A DNA stretch of 44,821 bases from a virus (IMGVR_UViG_3300042868_004919:1-44821); one strand, 5' to 3'; positions 34,924-43,247 are shown, counted from the first letter of the stretch. Notes: generated from the sequence alone by a model not told the origin. Numbers and translations: made by a program.

Positions 34924-34954
34924 TTGACATAACGGTCATAGCACCGTGTAAAAT
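34924..34954 (+). promoter_or_regulatory. Rightward promoter of the Cro-like gene
   Basis: TTGACA (34924-29), 19 nt, TAAAAT (34949-54); ATG 7 nt downstream with no SD; operator variant TAGCACCGTGTA 34939-34950. Confidence 0.65.
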
Positions 34955-34961
34955 GCGGGGC

Positions 34962-35291
34962 ATGAAAACAATCTCAATCATGAAAGCCTGGATGCAGTCG
35001 GCGACTACTGACGAGCAGATCGCACTTGCAGAGCGCATCGGCAGTTCGCGCGGCATGCTCTATCAGTATGCGGGCGGTCATCGCCAAGCGTCAGCCGACA
35101 TGGCCGGGCGCATCGAAGACGCCACCGCTGCGATGCACAAGGCAAGCAAGGGCAGGCTGCCCCTGGTCGTTCGCACGGACGTGTGCGCCGCTTGCCGGTC
35201 GTGCCAGTACGCGGCGAAGTGCCTGGGCGAGCGCGCTGTGGTCAGTGAGTTCCCGATTGTTGACGAGTCGCAACTGAGCACGCCGCAATGA
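34962..35291 (+). CDS. Cro-like HTH regulator with C-terminal four-Cys motif; start ATG 34962
   Basis: 'LAERIGSSRGMLYQYAGGHRQAS..A.RIE.AT' HTH; 'CAACRSCQYAAKC'. Confidence 0.8.
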   Translation: MKTISIMKAWMQSATTDEQIALAERIGSSRGMLYQYAGGHRQASADMAGRIEDATAAMHKASKGRLPLVVRTDVCAACRSCQYAAKCLGERAVVSEFPIVDESQLSTPQ

Positions 35292-35377
35292 TCCACTGGG
35301 CTATCGCCTTTGTCGTCGCATGGCTGGCGTTCTTGGCTGGCTTTGCGTTGTGCGCCGCCCTAACCTTGCGCGAATGA
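35288..35377 (+). CDS. 29-aa membrane peptide (absent from the ORF track)
   Basis: ATGA overlaps at both ends; MIHWAIAFVVAWLAFLAGFALCAALTLRE. Confidence 0.6.
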   Translation: MIHWAIAFVVAWLAFLAGFALCAALTLRE

Positions 35378-35541
35378 TAAGTAGGCTGTACGTCGGTCAG
35401 TACTTGCGCCTGCCTAGCGGGCGTGTGGTCGTCTTGACTCAGCGCCGGGGTAGCGAATGGGTGTGCTGGTACTTTGAGCGAGTGCGGGGCGAGGTGGAAT
35501 TTTCCGCAACTTGGCTTCGCACCCACTGTACGGTTTGCTAA
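35374..35541 (+). CDS. Small hypothetical protein (SH3-like beta pattern)
   Basis: ATGA-coupled; MISRLYVGQYLRLPSGRVVVL.. Confidence 0.6.
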   Translation: MISRLYVGQYLRLPSGRVVVLTQRRGSEWVCWYFERVRGEVEFSATWLRTHCTVC

Positions 35542-35549
35542 AAACTCGC

Positions 35550-35677
35550 TACAGTCCGGGGTGCCAATCTCAGTTTTTATCGTGTGCCCCTAGGTAGGGG
35601 CTGGGAACCCGTACACGCGGGGGAGGTTGGCGCTTTCGTCCCAGCCTCTACCTATGGGCCTTTTTTGAAAGCGCCTA
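35550..35677 (+). promoter_or_regulatory. Putative -10 box plus structured RNA leader/attenuator of the methyltransferase-primase operon
   Basis: TACAGT 35550-55; 16-bp stem 35591-35606/35639-35654 followed by T6; competing helices (see findings). Confidence 0.7.
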
Positions 35678-36973
35678 ATGTCTTTTGACCTTCACCTGGG
35701 TGACTGCCTCGACACGCTACGAGGCATGCCCGACAACAGCATCGACAGCATCGTGACCGACCCGCCCTATGGCCTGAGCTTCATGGGCAAGCGCTGGGAC
35801 TATGACGTGCCCAGCGTCGAAATTTGGGCCGAGTGTCTGCGCGTGCTGAAGCCTGGCGGGCACCTGCTGGCTTTTGCTGGGACGCGCACGCAACACCGCA
35901 TGGCCGTGCGCATTGAGGACGCTGGCTTTGAAATCCGCGACATGATCGCCTGGGTGTACGGGTCGGGGTTCCCGAAGTCGATGGACGTGTCCAAGGCGAT
36001 TGACAAGGCGGCTGGGGCTAAGCGGGATGTTGTTAGCGCATCTGAAAACGTCAGGCCAAACAGCGACCGAGGCAACGGGCTTGCACATGGCGAATACGGG
36101 AACGAATGGAGCATCACCGCACCCGCCACCGAAGCCGCCCGCCAATGGCAAGGCTGGGGAACTACGCTGAAACCCGCTCTGGAGCCGATCACGGTGGCGC
36201 GCAAGCCGCTGGCCGGCACCGTGGCCGAGAACGTGCTGGCGCATGGCACGGGGGCGCTGAACATTGATGGGTGCAGGGTTGGGTGGCCTGACGGTAAAGT
36301 GCCCGAGATTGGCACACCCGCCTGGGGTGGCCCGACGAAGAAGCTGACCGCAGTGCCTGGTCAAGAAGGTGAAACGGTCGAGCGCGCGGAGCCGCACCGG
36401 GCTGGCCGCTGGCCCGCCAACCTGATTCACGACGGCAGCGACGAGGTGGTGGCTGGGTTTCCGGACAGCAACGGCAGCGGCCCGGCTCGCAGGCTGAACC
36501 GCAGCGCGGGCAATCGTGCTGGCGATTGGGGGATGAATGCAAAAGAGGCCGACGACGCCGCCCTGCGCGACGCGGGCACCGGCAGTGCCGCCCGTTTTTT
36601 CTACTGCGCCAAGGCCAGCAAGCGGGACCGGGACGAGGGGCTGGAGCACATGGAGGCCGTGCATCGGCCAAACGGGAACAAGTGGACAGACCAAGATTAC
36701 CGTGTGACCCGTGGCGAGCGCCCAGCAAGCGCAGAGAGTGGTCCGCGCAAAAACACCCACCCAACGGTCAAACCCACCGACCTGATGCGCTACCTGTGCC
36801 GCTTGGTCACGCCGCCTGGTGGCGTGGTGCTTGACCCGTTCATGGGCTCGGGCAGCACTGGCAAGGCCGCAATGCTTGAAGGGTTCCGCTTCATCGGCTG
36901 CGAGATGAGCCCCGAGTACCTGGCCATCGCCAACGCGCGCATCACCCACGCACTGTGGGGTGACCTGGCATGA
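35678..36973 (+). CDS. Orphan DNA methyltransferase (N6-adenine/N4-cytosine, beta class)
   Basis: 'VTDPPY' near the N-terminus, 'HPTVKP', 'VLDPFMGSGSTG' near the C-terminus. Confidence 0.93.
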   Translation: MSFDLHLGDCLDTLRGMPDNSIDSIVTDPPYGLSFMGKRWDYDVPSVEIWAECLRVLKPGGHLLAFAGTRTQHRMAVRIEDAGFEIRDMIAWVYGSGFPKSMDVSKAIDKAAGAKRDVVSASENVRPNSDRGNGLAHGEYGNEWSITAPATEAARQWQGWGTTLKPALEPITVARKPLAGTVAENVLAHGTGALNIDGCRVGWPDGKVPEIGTPAWGGPTKKLTAVPGQEGETVERAEPHRAGRWPANLIHDGSDEVVAGFPDSNGSGPARRLNRSAGNRAGDWGMNAKEADDAALRDAGTGSAARFFYCAKASKRDRDEGLEHMEAVHRPNGNKWTDQDYRVTRGERPASAESGPRKNTHPTVKPTDLMRYLCRLVTPPGGVVLDPFMGSGSTGKAAMLEGFRFIGCEMSPEYLAIANARITHALWGDLA

Positions 36974-38976
36974 GCCCCGTCAGCACCATCAAACCCCACA
37001 TTGGGGCCATCCAAGCCCCGGACGAGATGCGCACCCTACCAGCGTGGCTGGTGTGGCGCTTTGAGCACCACGAGGGTGAGGACAAGCCCCGCAAAGTGCC
37101 GTACTACACCGCAGGGCCGCGCCGTCATGGCAAGCAGGGCACACCGGAGGATCGACAGCAGTTGACCACGTTCGACGCTGCACGCACCGCAGCAGCGCGC
37201 CGGGGCATGGACGGGGTGGGCTTTGTGCCAATGCCTGAGTTCAACATCTGTGCCTTGGACTTTGATCATTGTGTCGTCAACGGCAACCTGCACCCCGACC
37301 TGGAGCCCATTGTCACCAGCACTTACGCCGAGTACAGCCCCAGCGGTACGGGCGTGCGCGCGTTTGTCAAAGGCCAGTACGGCAACAGCAAGGCCCGAGG
37401 CGAGCCCTACGGGTTCGAGGTGTTTTCCAGCAAGGGCTTTGTCACTTTCACGGGCAACCGCCTGGACGTGACCGACATCATGGGCAACGACAACACCGTG
37501 GCCAGCGTTGACGGCCCGGTGCGCGACCTGTGCGCCCGTCGCTTTGCCCGCGCCCTTGACCCGGAAATCCACGTCAGCGCGGGTGAGCCCGTGGGCCTTG
37601 CACCCAGCCAGGTCGAGGCCCTGCTGGCCGCGCTCGACCCGGACATGGGCCACGACGACTGGCTGGCCGTAGGTATGGGCCTGCACCATGAGACCCAGGG
37701 TGAGGGCTTTGACCTATGGGCCGACTGGTCAGAGCAGGGCAGCAAGTTCCCCGGGCGCGAAGTGCTGCTGCAACGCTGGTCAAGCTTTGGCAAGCATCAC
37801 GACCGCACCGTGACTATCCGCACGGCCATGAAACTGGCGGGCATGAGCCCCACCAGCCCGGCCGGTGCCGATGAGTTCGAGGACATGGTGGCCGATGGTC
37901 TCCAAAAGCTGGAGGTCACCGACACCGAAAGCCCAGGGCAGGAAGTCAAGCCACCGCGCTACGTGTTCGAGCCCGTGCACAGCTTCGCCAGCACCACGGC
38001 ACTGCCGTGGATCATCAAGGGCGTGCTGCCGAAGGCGGGGCTGGCGGTGGTGTACGGGGCCAGCGGGTCGGGTAAGTCGTTCGCCGTGCTGGACATGAGT
38101 CTGGCCATTGCTCGGGGCACGGAATGGCGCGGCAAGCGCGTCAAACAGGGCAGGGTGGCCTACATCGCCGCCGAGGGTGCCGACGGGTTCCGTAAGCGCC
38201 TGGCAGCCTACGCGCTGCACCAGGGTGTGGACCTGACCAGCGTGCCCATGACGGTGCTGAACGCCGCGCCCAACTTGCTCGAAAAAGCCGACGCCGCTGC
38301 TATCGCCATCGGGGTCAAGGCGGCGGGCGGGGCCGACCTGATTATCGTGGACACGTTTGCCCAGACCACCCCAGGGGCGAACGAGAACGCGGGCGAGGAC
38401 GTAGGCAAGGCGCTGGGGCATTGCAAGCGCATCCACGAGGCCACGGGGGCGATGGTGGTGTTGATCCACCACAGCGGCAAGGACGCCAGCAAAGGCGCGC
38501 GGGGTTGGTCAGGGTTGCGTGCCGCAGCGGACGCTGAGATCGAGGTTATCCGCACCGACCAGGGGCGTTGCTTGCGCTTGTCTAAGAGCAAGGACGGCGA
38601 GGACGGGCTGGAGTGGGGCTTTGACCTGGAGGTGGTGCAACTGGGGGTCGATGAGGACTTAGACCCCATTACCAGTTGCGTGGTTGTTGAGGCGGCGATA
38701 CCAGCCGTTGGCGGGGTTGCCGTTCGCAAGCTGGGCAAGAACGAGAAAGTGGTTAACGAGGTGCTTCAGGAGTTCGCCCAGGGGCAGACCGCTGGCATCG
38801 AAATCAAGGCCGTGCTGGATGAGGCAGCGCGCCGGATGATGGCCCGCGACGGATTGGAAAACGACAAAAAAGGGGACTGCCGCACCAAGGCCAGGCGTGC
38901 TTTGCACGCTTTGTGTGAGGGCGACGACGCGCCTTACTGGCTCGACCCAGAGACAAATACGATTGAGGTTGCATGA
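36970..38976 (+). CDS. Primase-helicase (AEP-type primase, PriCT-2, RepA/AAA_25 helicase)
   Basis: 'ALDFD', 'EYSPSGTG', 'WLAVGMGLH..W..WS..KF', Walker A 'GASGSGKS', 'IIVDT', 'IHHSGKD..RGWS'. Confidence 0.92.
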   Translation: MSPVSTIKPHIGAIQAPDEMRTLPAWLVWRFEHHEGEDKPRKVPYYTAGPRRHGKQGTPEDRQQLTTFDAARTAAARRGMDGVGFVPMPEFNICALDFDHCVVNGNLHPDLEPIVTSTYAEYSPSGTGVRAFVKGQYGNSKARGEPYGFEVFSSKGFVTFTGNRLDVTDIMGNDNTVASVDGPVRDLCARRFARALDPEIHVSAGEPVGLAPSQVEALLAALDPDMGHDDWLAVGMGLHHETQGEGFDLWADWSEQGSKFPGREVLLQRWSSFGKHHDRTVTIRTAMKLAGMSPTSPAGADEFEDMVADGLQKLEVTDTESPGQEVKPPRYVFEPVHSFASTTALPWIIKGVLPKAGLAVVYGASGSGKSFAVLDMSLAIARGTEWRGKRVKQGRVAYIAAEGADGFRKRLAAYALHQGVDLTSVPMTVLNAAPNLLEKADAAAIAIGVKAAGGADLIIVDTFAQTTPGANENAGEDVGKALGHCKRIHEATGAMVVLIHHSGKDASKGARGWSGLRAAADAEIEVIRTDQGRCLRLSKSKDGEDGLEWGFDLEVVQLGVDEDLDPITSCVVVEAAIPAVGGVAVRKLGKNEKVVNEVLQEFAQGQTAGIEIKAVLDEAARRMMARDGLENDKKGDCRTKARRALHALCEGDDAPYWLDPETNTIEVA

Positions 38977-39015
38977 TGAACGTGAAAAAAGTTGCAAGAA
39001 AGGCGCTTCAACAGA

Positions 39016-39137
39016 AACCCGACTTTCCGACTTTTCACCCGACTTTCCGACTAATCGGGTTTTGCGAAGATCCACAAAAACCCGACTTCTCCGACTTCTC
39101 CCTTTAGGGGAAGTCGGAAGTCGGGTCGGATCGGGGG
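39016..39137. repeat. Putative replication origin (CCGACT iterons)
   Basis: CCGACT at 39019, 39027, 39039, 39047, 39082, 39091; inverted AGTCGG at 39112, 39119 plus degenerate copies; directly downstream of the primase. Confidence 0.75.
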
Positions 39138-39221
39138 GTGTTTTTGTCGGGAACAGGTAAAAAATTGCACGGTTGTGGCTGCCCTGGCTGGACGTGCAAA
39201 ACTTTGCAGAAAGGGTCTCGA

Positions 39222-39452
39222 ATGGTTAAACGTGTAGCGCTTAACGAATTGGGCAGGCGGGTGGGTGAAAGCCATCCCCGCGCTAAAATGACCGACGCCG
39301 AAGTGGACTTGGTGCACTTGCTGCACGCCGATGGTTTGAGCCTTCAGGCCATCGCTGAAAAGTTCGAGGTCAGCAAAGGGTGCATCTGGAAGATTGTTCA
39401 GGGCTATCGGCGCGGGCAGTCAGTTGACCGCATCGTGTCCGTGGCGAATTGA
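39222..39452 (+). CDS. Small HTH DNA-binding protein (candidate late activator); start ATG 39222
   Basis: 'GESHPRAKMTDAEV..GLSLQAIAEKFEVSKGCIWKIVQGYRR'; last gene before terS. Confidence 0.75.
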   Translation: MVKRVALNELGRRVGESHPRAKMTDAEVDLVHLLHADGLSLQAIAEKFEVSKGCIWKIVQGYRRGQSVDRIVSVAN

Positions 39453-39466
39453 TTTTGTGAAAGGAT
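39434..39466 (+). promoter_or_regulatory. Putative late promoter 4 (packaging genes)
   Basis: CGTGTCCGT (39434-39442), 18 nt, AAGGAT (39461-39466). Confidence 0.7.
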
Positions 39467-39472
39467 TGCGAC

Positions 39473-39883
39473 ATGCCTGGTGGACGACCTACCCTTTACA
39501 AACCTGAGTTCTGCGACGTTGCCGTTGAAATGGGCGCGCAGGGAAAGAGCCTTGCGCAAATCGCCGCAGCGTGCGGCGTTGCGCGTATAACGCTCTGGGA
39601 GTGGGTTGACAAACACCCAGAGTTTGCTGGGGCCATCGCCCGCGCGCGTGACCTGGCGTTGTCGTGGTGGGAGGAGCAGGCGCACGTCGGCATGTGGGAG
39701 TCGCCCGAGGGCGCACGCCTTAACCCGCAACTGTGGTCGCGTTCGATGGCGGCGCGGTTCCCCGACGACTACCGCGAGTCCAAAAAGCTGGAGCACACTG
39801 GTGCCAACGGCGGCCCGGTCAAGTCCATGGTGGTCATTGCCACGGGCGTACCGGACGCCAACGACTTCGGGGGCATCGCATGA
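39473..39883 (+). CDS. terS: Terminase small subunit
   Basis: 'GRPTLYKPEFC..GKSL..IA..GV...L.EW..HPEF', 'EHTGANGGP'; upstream of terL. Confidence 0.88.
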   Translation: MPGGRPTLYKPEFCDVAVEMGAQGKSLAQIAAACGVARITLWEWVDKHPEFAGAIARARDLALSWWEEQAHVGMWESPEGARLNPQLWSRSMAARFPDDYRESKKLEHTGANGGPVKSMVVIATGVPDANDFGGIA

Positions 39884-39978
39884 GCGTCGAAAATGCCGTG
39901 TGGTTGGTGCTGATGGTAGGGGGAGCCCTTGCCGCCGCCGTTGCGTGGCTCTACGGGGCCGATAAGGGCGATTGGTGA
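39880..39978 (+). CDS. 32-aa membrane peptide between terS and terL
   Basis: ATGA overlap with the terS stop and GTGA overlap with the terL start; MSVENAVWLVLMVGGALAAAVAWLYGADKGDW. Confidence 0.6.
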   Translation: MSVENAVWLVLMVGGALAAAVAWLYGADKGDW

Positions 39979-41312
39979 GCGCGATTGACCTGGGGTATAA
40001 ACCCCGCCAGTGGCAGTTGGAATGCCACACGAAGCGCAAGCGCTTCACGGTGCTGGCCCTGCACCGACGGGCGGGCAAAACCGAACTGGCGATTGCCGAA
40101 CTGGTGGACAAGGCTCTGCGCTTTGGCAAAGACCTAGGCCTGTTTTTCTACGTTTGCCCCTTGCTCAAGCAGGCCAAAACCGTGGCCTGGCTGCGCCTGA
40201 AAGCCCGCGTCAACGAGCTTGTCATGCGCGGCATGGCCGAAATAAACGAGTCCGAACTGTGGGTTCGCTTCACCACCAACGGGGCGACAATCCGCATTTA
40301 CGGGGCCGATAACCCGGATGCAATGCGTGGTGTGCGCCTGGATGGCGTGGTCATTGACGAGGTGGCCGACATCAAGCCGGAAACCTGGACCGAGGTTATC
40401 CAGCCCGCCCTGGCCGACCGCATGGGCTGGGCGTTGTTCATCGGCACCCCGCACGGCATCAACCTGTTTTCTGAACTGTTTTTCAAGGCGTCAAACCTGC
40501 CCGACTGGTACGCGGGGCTGTACACGGTTTACGACACCGATGCGCTCGACCCTACCGAGGTGGAGCGCTTGCGCCTGGCGTCAGACGAAAACACGTTCAA
40601 GCGCGAGATGCTGTGCGATTTCAGCGCAGCGGGCGACGACCAGTTGATATCGCTCACCGACACGTACGCGGCGTCCATGCGCCACTTGCGCCTGGATCAA
40701 TACGACTTCGCAGCCAAGGTGCTGGGTGTGGATCCGGCGCGCTTTGGCGATGACCGCAGTGTGCTGTGTTTGCGCCAAGGGTTGTACGCCCGTGAGCCCG
40801 AGGTGTACCGGGGGCTCGATAACATGGCCCTGGCCGACAAAGTGGTGCAGGCTATCGACAAGTACCGCCCGGATGCTGTGTTTATTGACGCGGGCAACGG
40901 TGCGGGGGTGATTGACCGCCTGCGACAGTTGCACTACGACGTGGTCGAAGTGCATTTCGCCGGTGCGCCCAGCCAAGCGCGCTACCTGAACAAGCGCGCC
41001 GAAATGTGGTTTGAGATGCGCGATTGGCTTCGTGGGGGTGGCGTCATACCGAATAACATGGCGCTCAAGCAGGAACTGGCCACGCCAACTTACCGCTACA
41101 CGCCCGCCGACAAAATCCAGCTCGAAAGCAAAGACGACATCAAAAAGCGCTTGCCGCAAGCAGGATCGCCCGACCTGGCCGACGCCCTTGCGTTGACGTT
41201 CGCGTACCCGGTTAATCGGGATCGCAGCACCACGTCACTCGCCCGCAGGCTGGGTATGCCCGTGACGGACAACACCACCAGCGCGGTGCTGGACTACAAC
41301 CCATACGGGTAG
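39975..41312 (+). CDS. terL: Terminase large subunit
   Basis: Walker A 'HRRAGKT', Walker B 'VVIDE', 'FIGTP.G', nuclease 'GVDPARFGDD', 'SPDLADALALTF'. Confidence 0.95.
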   Translation: MSAIDLGYKPRQWQLECHTKRKRFTVLALHRRAGKTELAIAELVDKALRFGKDLGLFFYVCPLLKQAKTVAWLRLKARVNELVMRGMAEINESELWVRFTTNGATIRIYGADNPDAMRGVRLDGVVIDEVADIKPETWTEVIQPALADRMGWALFIGTPHGINLFSELFFKASNLPDWYAGLYTVYDTDALDPTEVERLRLASDENTFKREMLCDFSAAGDDQLISLTDTYAASMRHLRLDQYDFAAKVLGVDPARFGDDRSVLCLRQGLYAREPEVYRGLDNMALADKVVQAIDKYRPDAVFIDAGNGAGVIDRLRQLHYDVVEVHFAGAPSQARYLNKRAEMWFEMRDWLRGGGVIPNNMALKQELATPTYRYTPADKIQLESKDDIKKRLPQAGSPDLADALALTFAYPVNRDRSTTSLARRLGMPVTDNTTSAVLDYNPYG

Positions 41313-41313
41313 C

Positions 41314-41346
41314 CGTGTCCGTATAGCCCAGCGTGCCCAGCACAAT
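41314..41346 (+). promoter_or_regulatory. Putative late promoter 5
   Basis: CGTGTCCGT (41314-41322), 18 nt, CACAAT (41341-41346). Confidence 0.8.
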
Positions 41347-41371
41347 GCGCGCATCGATAGGAGTTCGCGCA

Positions 41372-41566
41372 ATGTGCTTATCAGCCCCCAAAATCCCCAC
41401 GCCGCAGGCCCCGCAGGAAGTCAAACAGCCTGACACCGCCGCCATGGTGGACACCGCGCGCCGCAATCGTGCAGGCGGCATGGCCGGGGGATCGCTGCTA
41501 ACCGGCCCGTCTGGTATCGCCAACGCGGCAGCCCCGACCGGGCGCACCACGCTGCTGGGCGGCTGA
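41372..41566 (+). CDS. Small virion protein upstream of the portal (T7 gp6.7/7.3-like); start ATG 41372
   Basis: RBS AGGAG; 'MCLSAPKIP..LLTGPSG..TLLGG'. Confidence 0.8.
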   Translation: MCLSAPKIPTPQAPQEVKQPDTAAMVDTARRNRAGGMAGGSLLTGPSGIANAAAPTGRTTLLGG

Positions 41567-43245
41567 TGCTCGAGAACCGCCGCCAGCGCGCACTATCGCG
41601 CAAGTCCGCACTCTGGAATGAGCGCTCCAGTTGGGTTGACCACTGGCGCGAAATCAGCACGTACCAGCAACCGCGCGCTGGCCGGTTCATCGTCACCGAC
41701 CGCAACAAGGGCGACAAGCGATACCACAGCATCCTGGACAACACCGCCGTGGCCGCGTCGCGCACACTGGCGGCGGGCATGATGTCGGGCATGACCAGCC
41801 CGGCCCGCCCTTGGTTCCGGCTTGAAATTCAGGACAAAGACCTGATGGAGTCGGCGCCGGTCAAAACCTGGCTGCACGACACCGCGACCCTGCTTCGCGC
41901 TATCTTTGCCGCGTCGAACACGTACCGCAGCCTGCACACGATGTATGAGGAGCTGGGCCTGTTTGGCACGGCGACCAGCATTGTGCTGCCCGACTTCGAC
42001 AACGTGCTGCATCACTACCCGCTGACCGTCGGCGAGTACGCTTTGTCCACCAACAGCAAAGGCGAGGTGGACACGCTTTGCCGCGAGTTCCAGATGACCG
42101 TCGGGCAGATGGTCGAGCAGTTTGGCCTCAAGAATTGCAGCCTGAGCGTCCGCAACCTGCATGACCGTGGCGCCTACGATTCGTGGGTGGACGTGGTGCA
42201 CATGATCGAGCCACGGCGCGACCGCGACCTGACAAAAGCAGACGGGCGCAACATGCGGTTTGCCAGCATCTACATGGAGCCGGGCAAGGACAATAACGAC
42301 CAGTTTCTCAGTGAGTCCGGTTTTAACCAGTTCCCTGTGCTGGCCCCGCGCTGGGTGGTCACGGGCAACGACGTCTACGGCACCAGCCCCGGCATGGAAT
42401 GCCTGGGCGACGTGAAGCAGTTGCAGCACCAGCAACTGCGCAAGGGTCAGGCCATCGACTACCAAGTCAACCCACCTTTGCAGGTGCCCACCCGGTACAA
42501 GGAAGCCGCCAAGGCCCGCCTACCTGGCGGCATCATGTACGTGGACAGCCAAGGCGCATCCACGGCGGTTAAATCGGCGTTTGAGGTAAACCTCAATTTA
42601 CAGCACTTGCGCGAGGACATCATCGACGTGCGGGAGCGCATTCGCAGCGCGTACTACGCCGACCTGTTCATGATGCTGGCCAACGACAACCGCAGCGGCA
42701 TCACGGCCACCGAAGTGGCAGAGCGCCACGAGGAAAAGCTGCTTATGCTGGGCCCCGTACTGGAGCGCCTGCACAACGAGCTACTGGCGCCGAAAATCGA
42801 TATGGCGTTCGACTACGCCACCCGCGCCGGTATCCTGCCCGAAGCGCCACGCGAGTTGCAGGGCCAAGAACTGAAGATTGAATTTATCAGCGTGCTGGCC
42901 CAGGCGCAGCGTGCTGTCGCGTCGCAAGGCGTTGACCGCCTGCTGGGCAGCGTGGGGCAGCTTGCCGCGCTCAAGCCCGACATCCTGGACAAAGTTGACT
43001 TCGACCAGGTGGTCGATGACTACGGCGACATGTACGGGGTCAATCCTAAAATCATCGTGCCCGATAACGTGGTGGCACAGATGCGTGCCGAGCGCGCGCA
43101 ACAGATGGCAGCACAGCAAGCCGCCGCCGCTGCACCCATGGCTGTGGACGCGGCAAAGACCATGGGCGACACGAACATGCAAGGCGTGCAGGACGTTATG
43201 AGCGCTTTACAGGGCTACGGCACGGTAAACGCCGCCACCGTTTAG
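41566..43245 (+). CDS. Portal / head-tail connector (T7 gp8, Bbp21-like)
   Basis: 'GMTSPARPWFRL', 'PRW..G.DVYG.SPGM..LGDVKQLQ', 'TATEVAERHEEKL.MLGPVLERL'. Confidence 0.95.
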   Translation: MLENRRQRALSRKSALWNERSSWVDHWREISTYQQPRAGRFIVTDRNKGDKRYHSILDNTAVAASRTLAAGMMSGMTSPARPWFRLEIQDKDLMESAPVKTWLHDTATLLRAIFAASNTYRSLHTMYEELGLFGTATSIVLPDFDNVLHHYPLTVGEYALSTNSKGEVDTLCREFQMTVGQMVEQFGLKNCSLSVRNLHDRGAYDSWVDVVHMIEPRRDRDLTKADGRNMRFASIYMEPGKDNNDQFLSESGFNQFPVLAPRWVVTGNDVYGTSPGMECLGDVKQLQHQQLRKGQAIDYQVNPPLQVPTRYKEAAKARLPGGIMYVDSQGASTAVKSAFEVNLNLQHLREDIIDVRERIRSAYYADLFMMLANDNRSGITATEVAERHEEKLLMLGPVLERLHNELLAPKIDMAFDYATRAGILPEAPRELQGQELKIEFISVLAQAQRAVASQGVDRLLGSVGQLAALKPDILDKVDFDQVVDDYGDMYGVNPKIIVPDNVVAQMRAERAQQMAAQQAAAAAPMAVDAAKTMGDTNMQGVQDVMSALQGYGTVNAATV

Positions 43246-43247
43246 CC

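Noticed and set aside
35678-36973. Restriction-modification system or intein in the methyltransferase
   Set aside because: No adjacent endonuclease; the long middle region lacks intein terminal residues and LAGLIDADG motifs and is usual for this phage MTase group
39016-39137. CRISPR-like array
   Set aside because: Units are 6-8 bp with no unique spacers and they switch orientation, which fits iterons
38659-39160. ORFs spanning the origin region (38659-39075 on -, 38897-39160 on +)
   Set aside because: Their translations mirror the iteron repeats, they overlap the primase gene, and they lack credible starts
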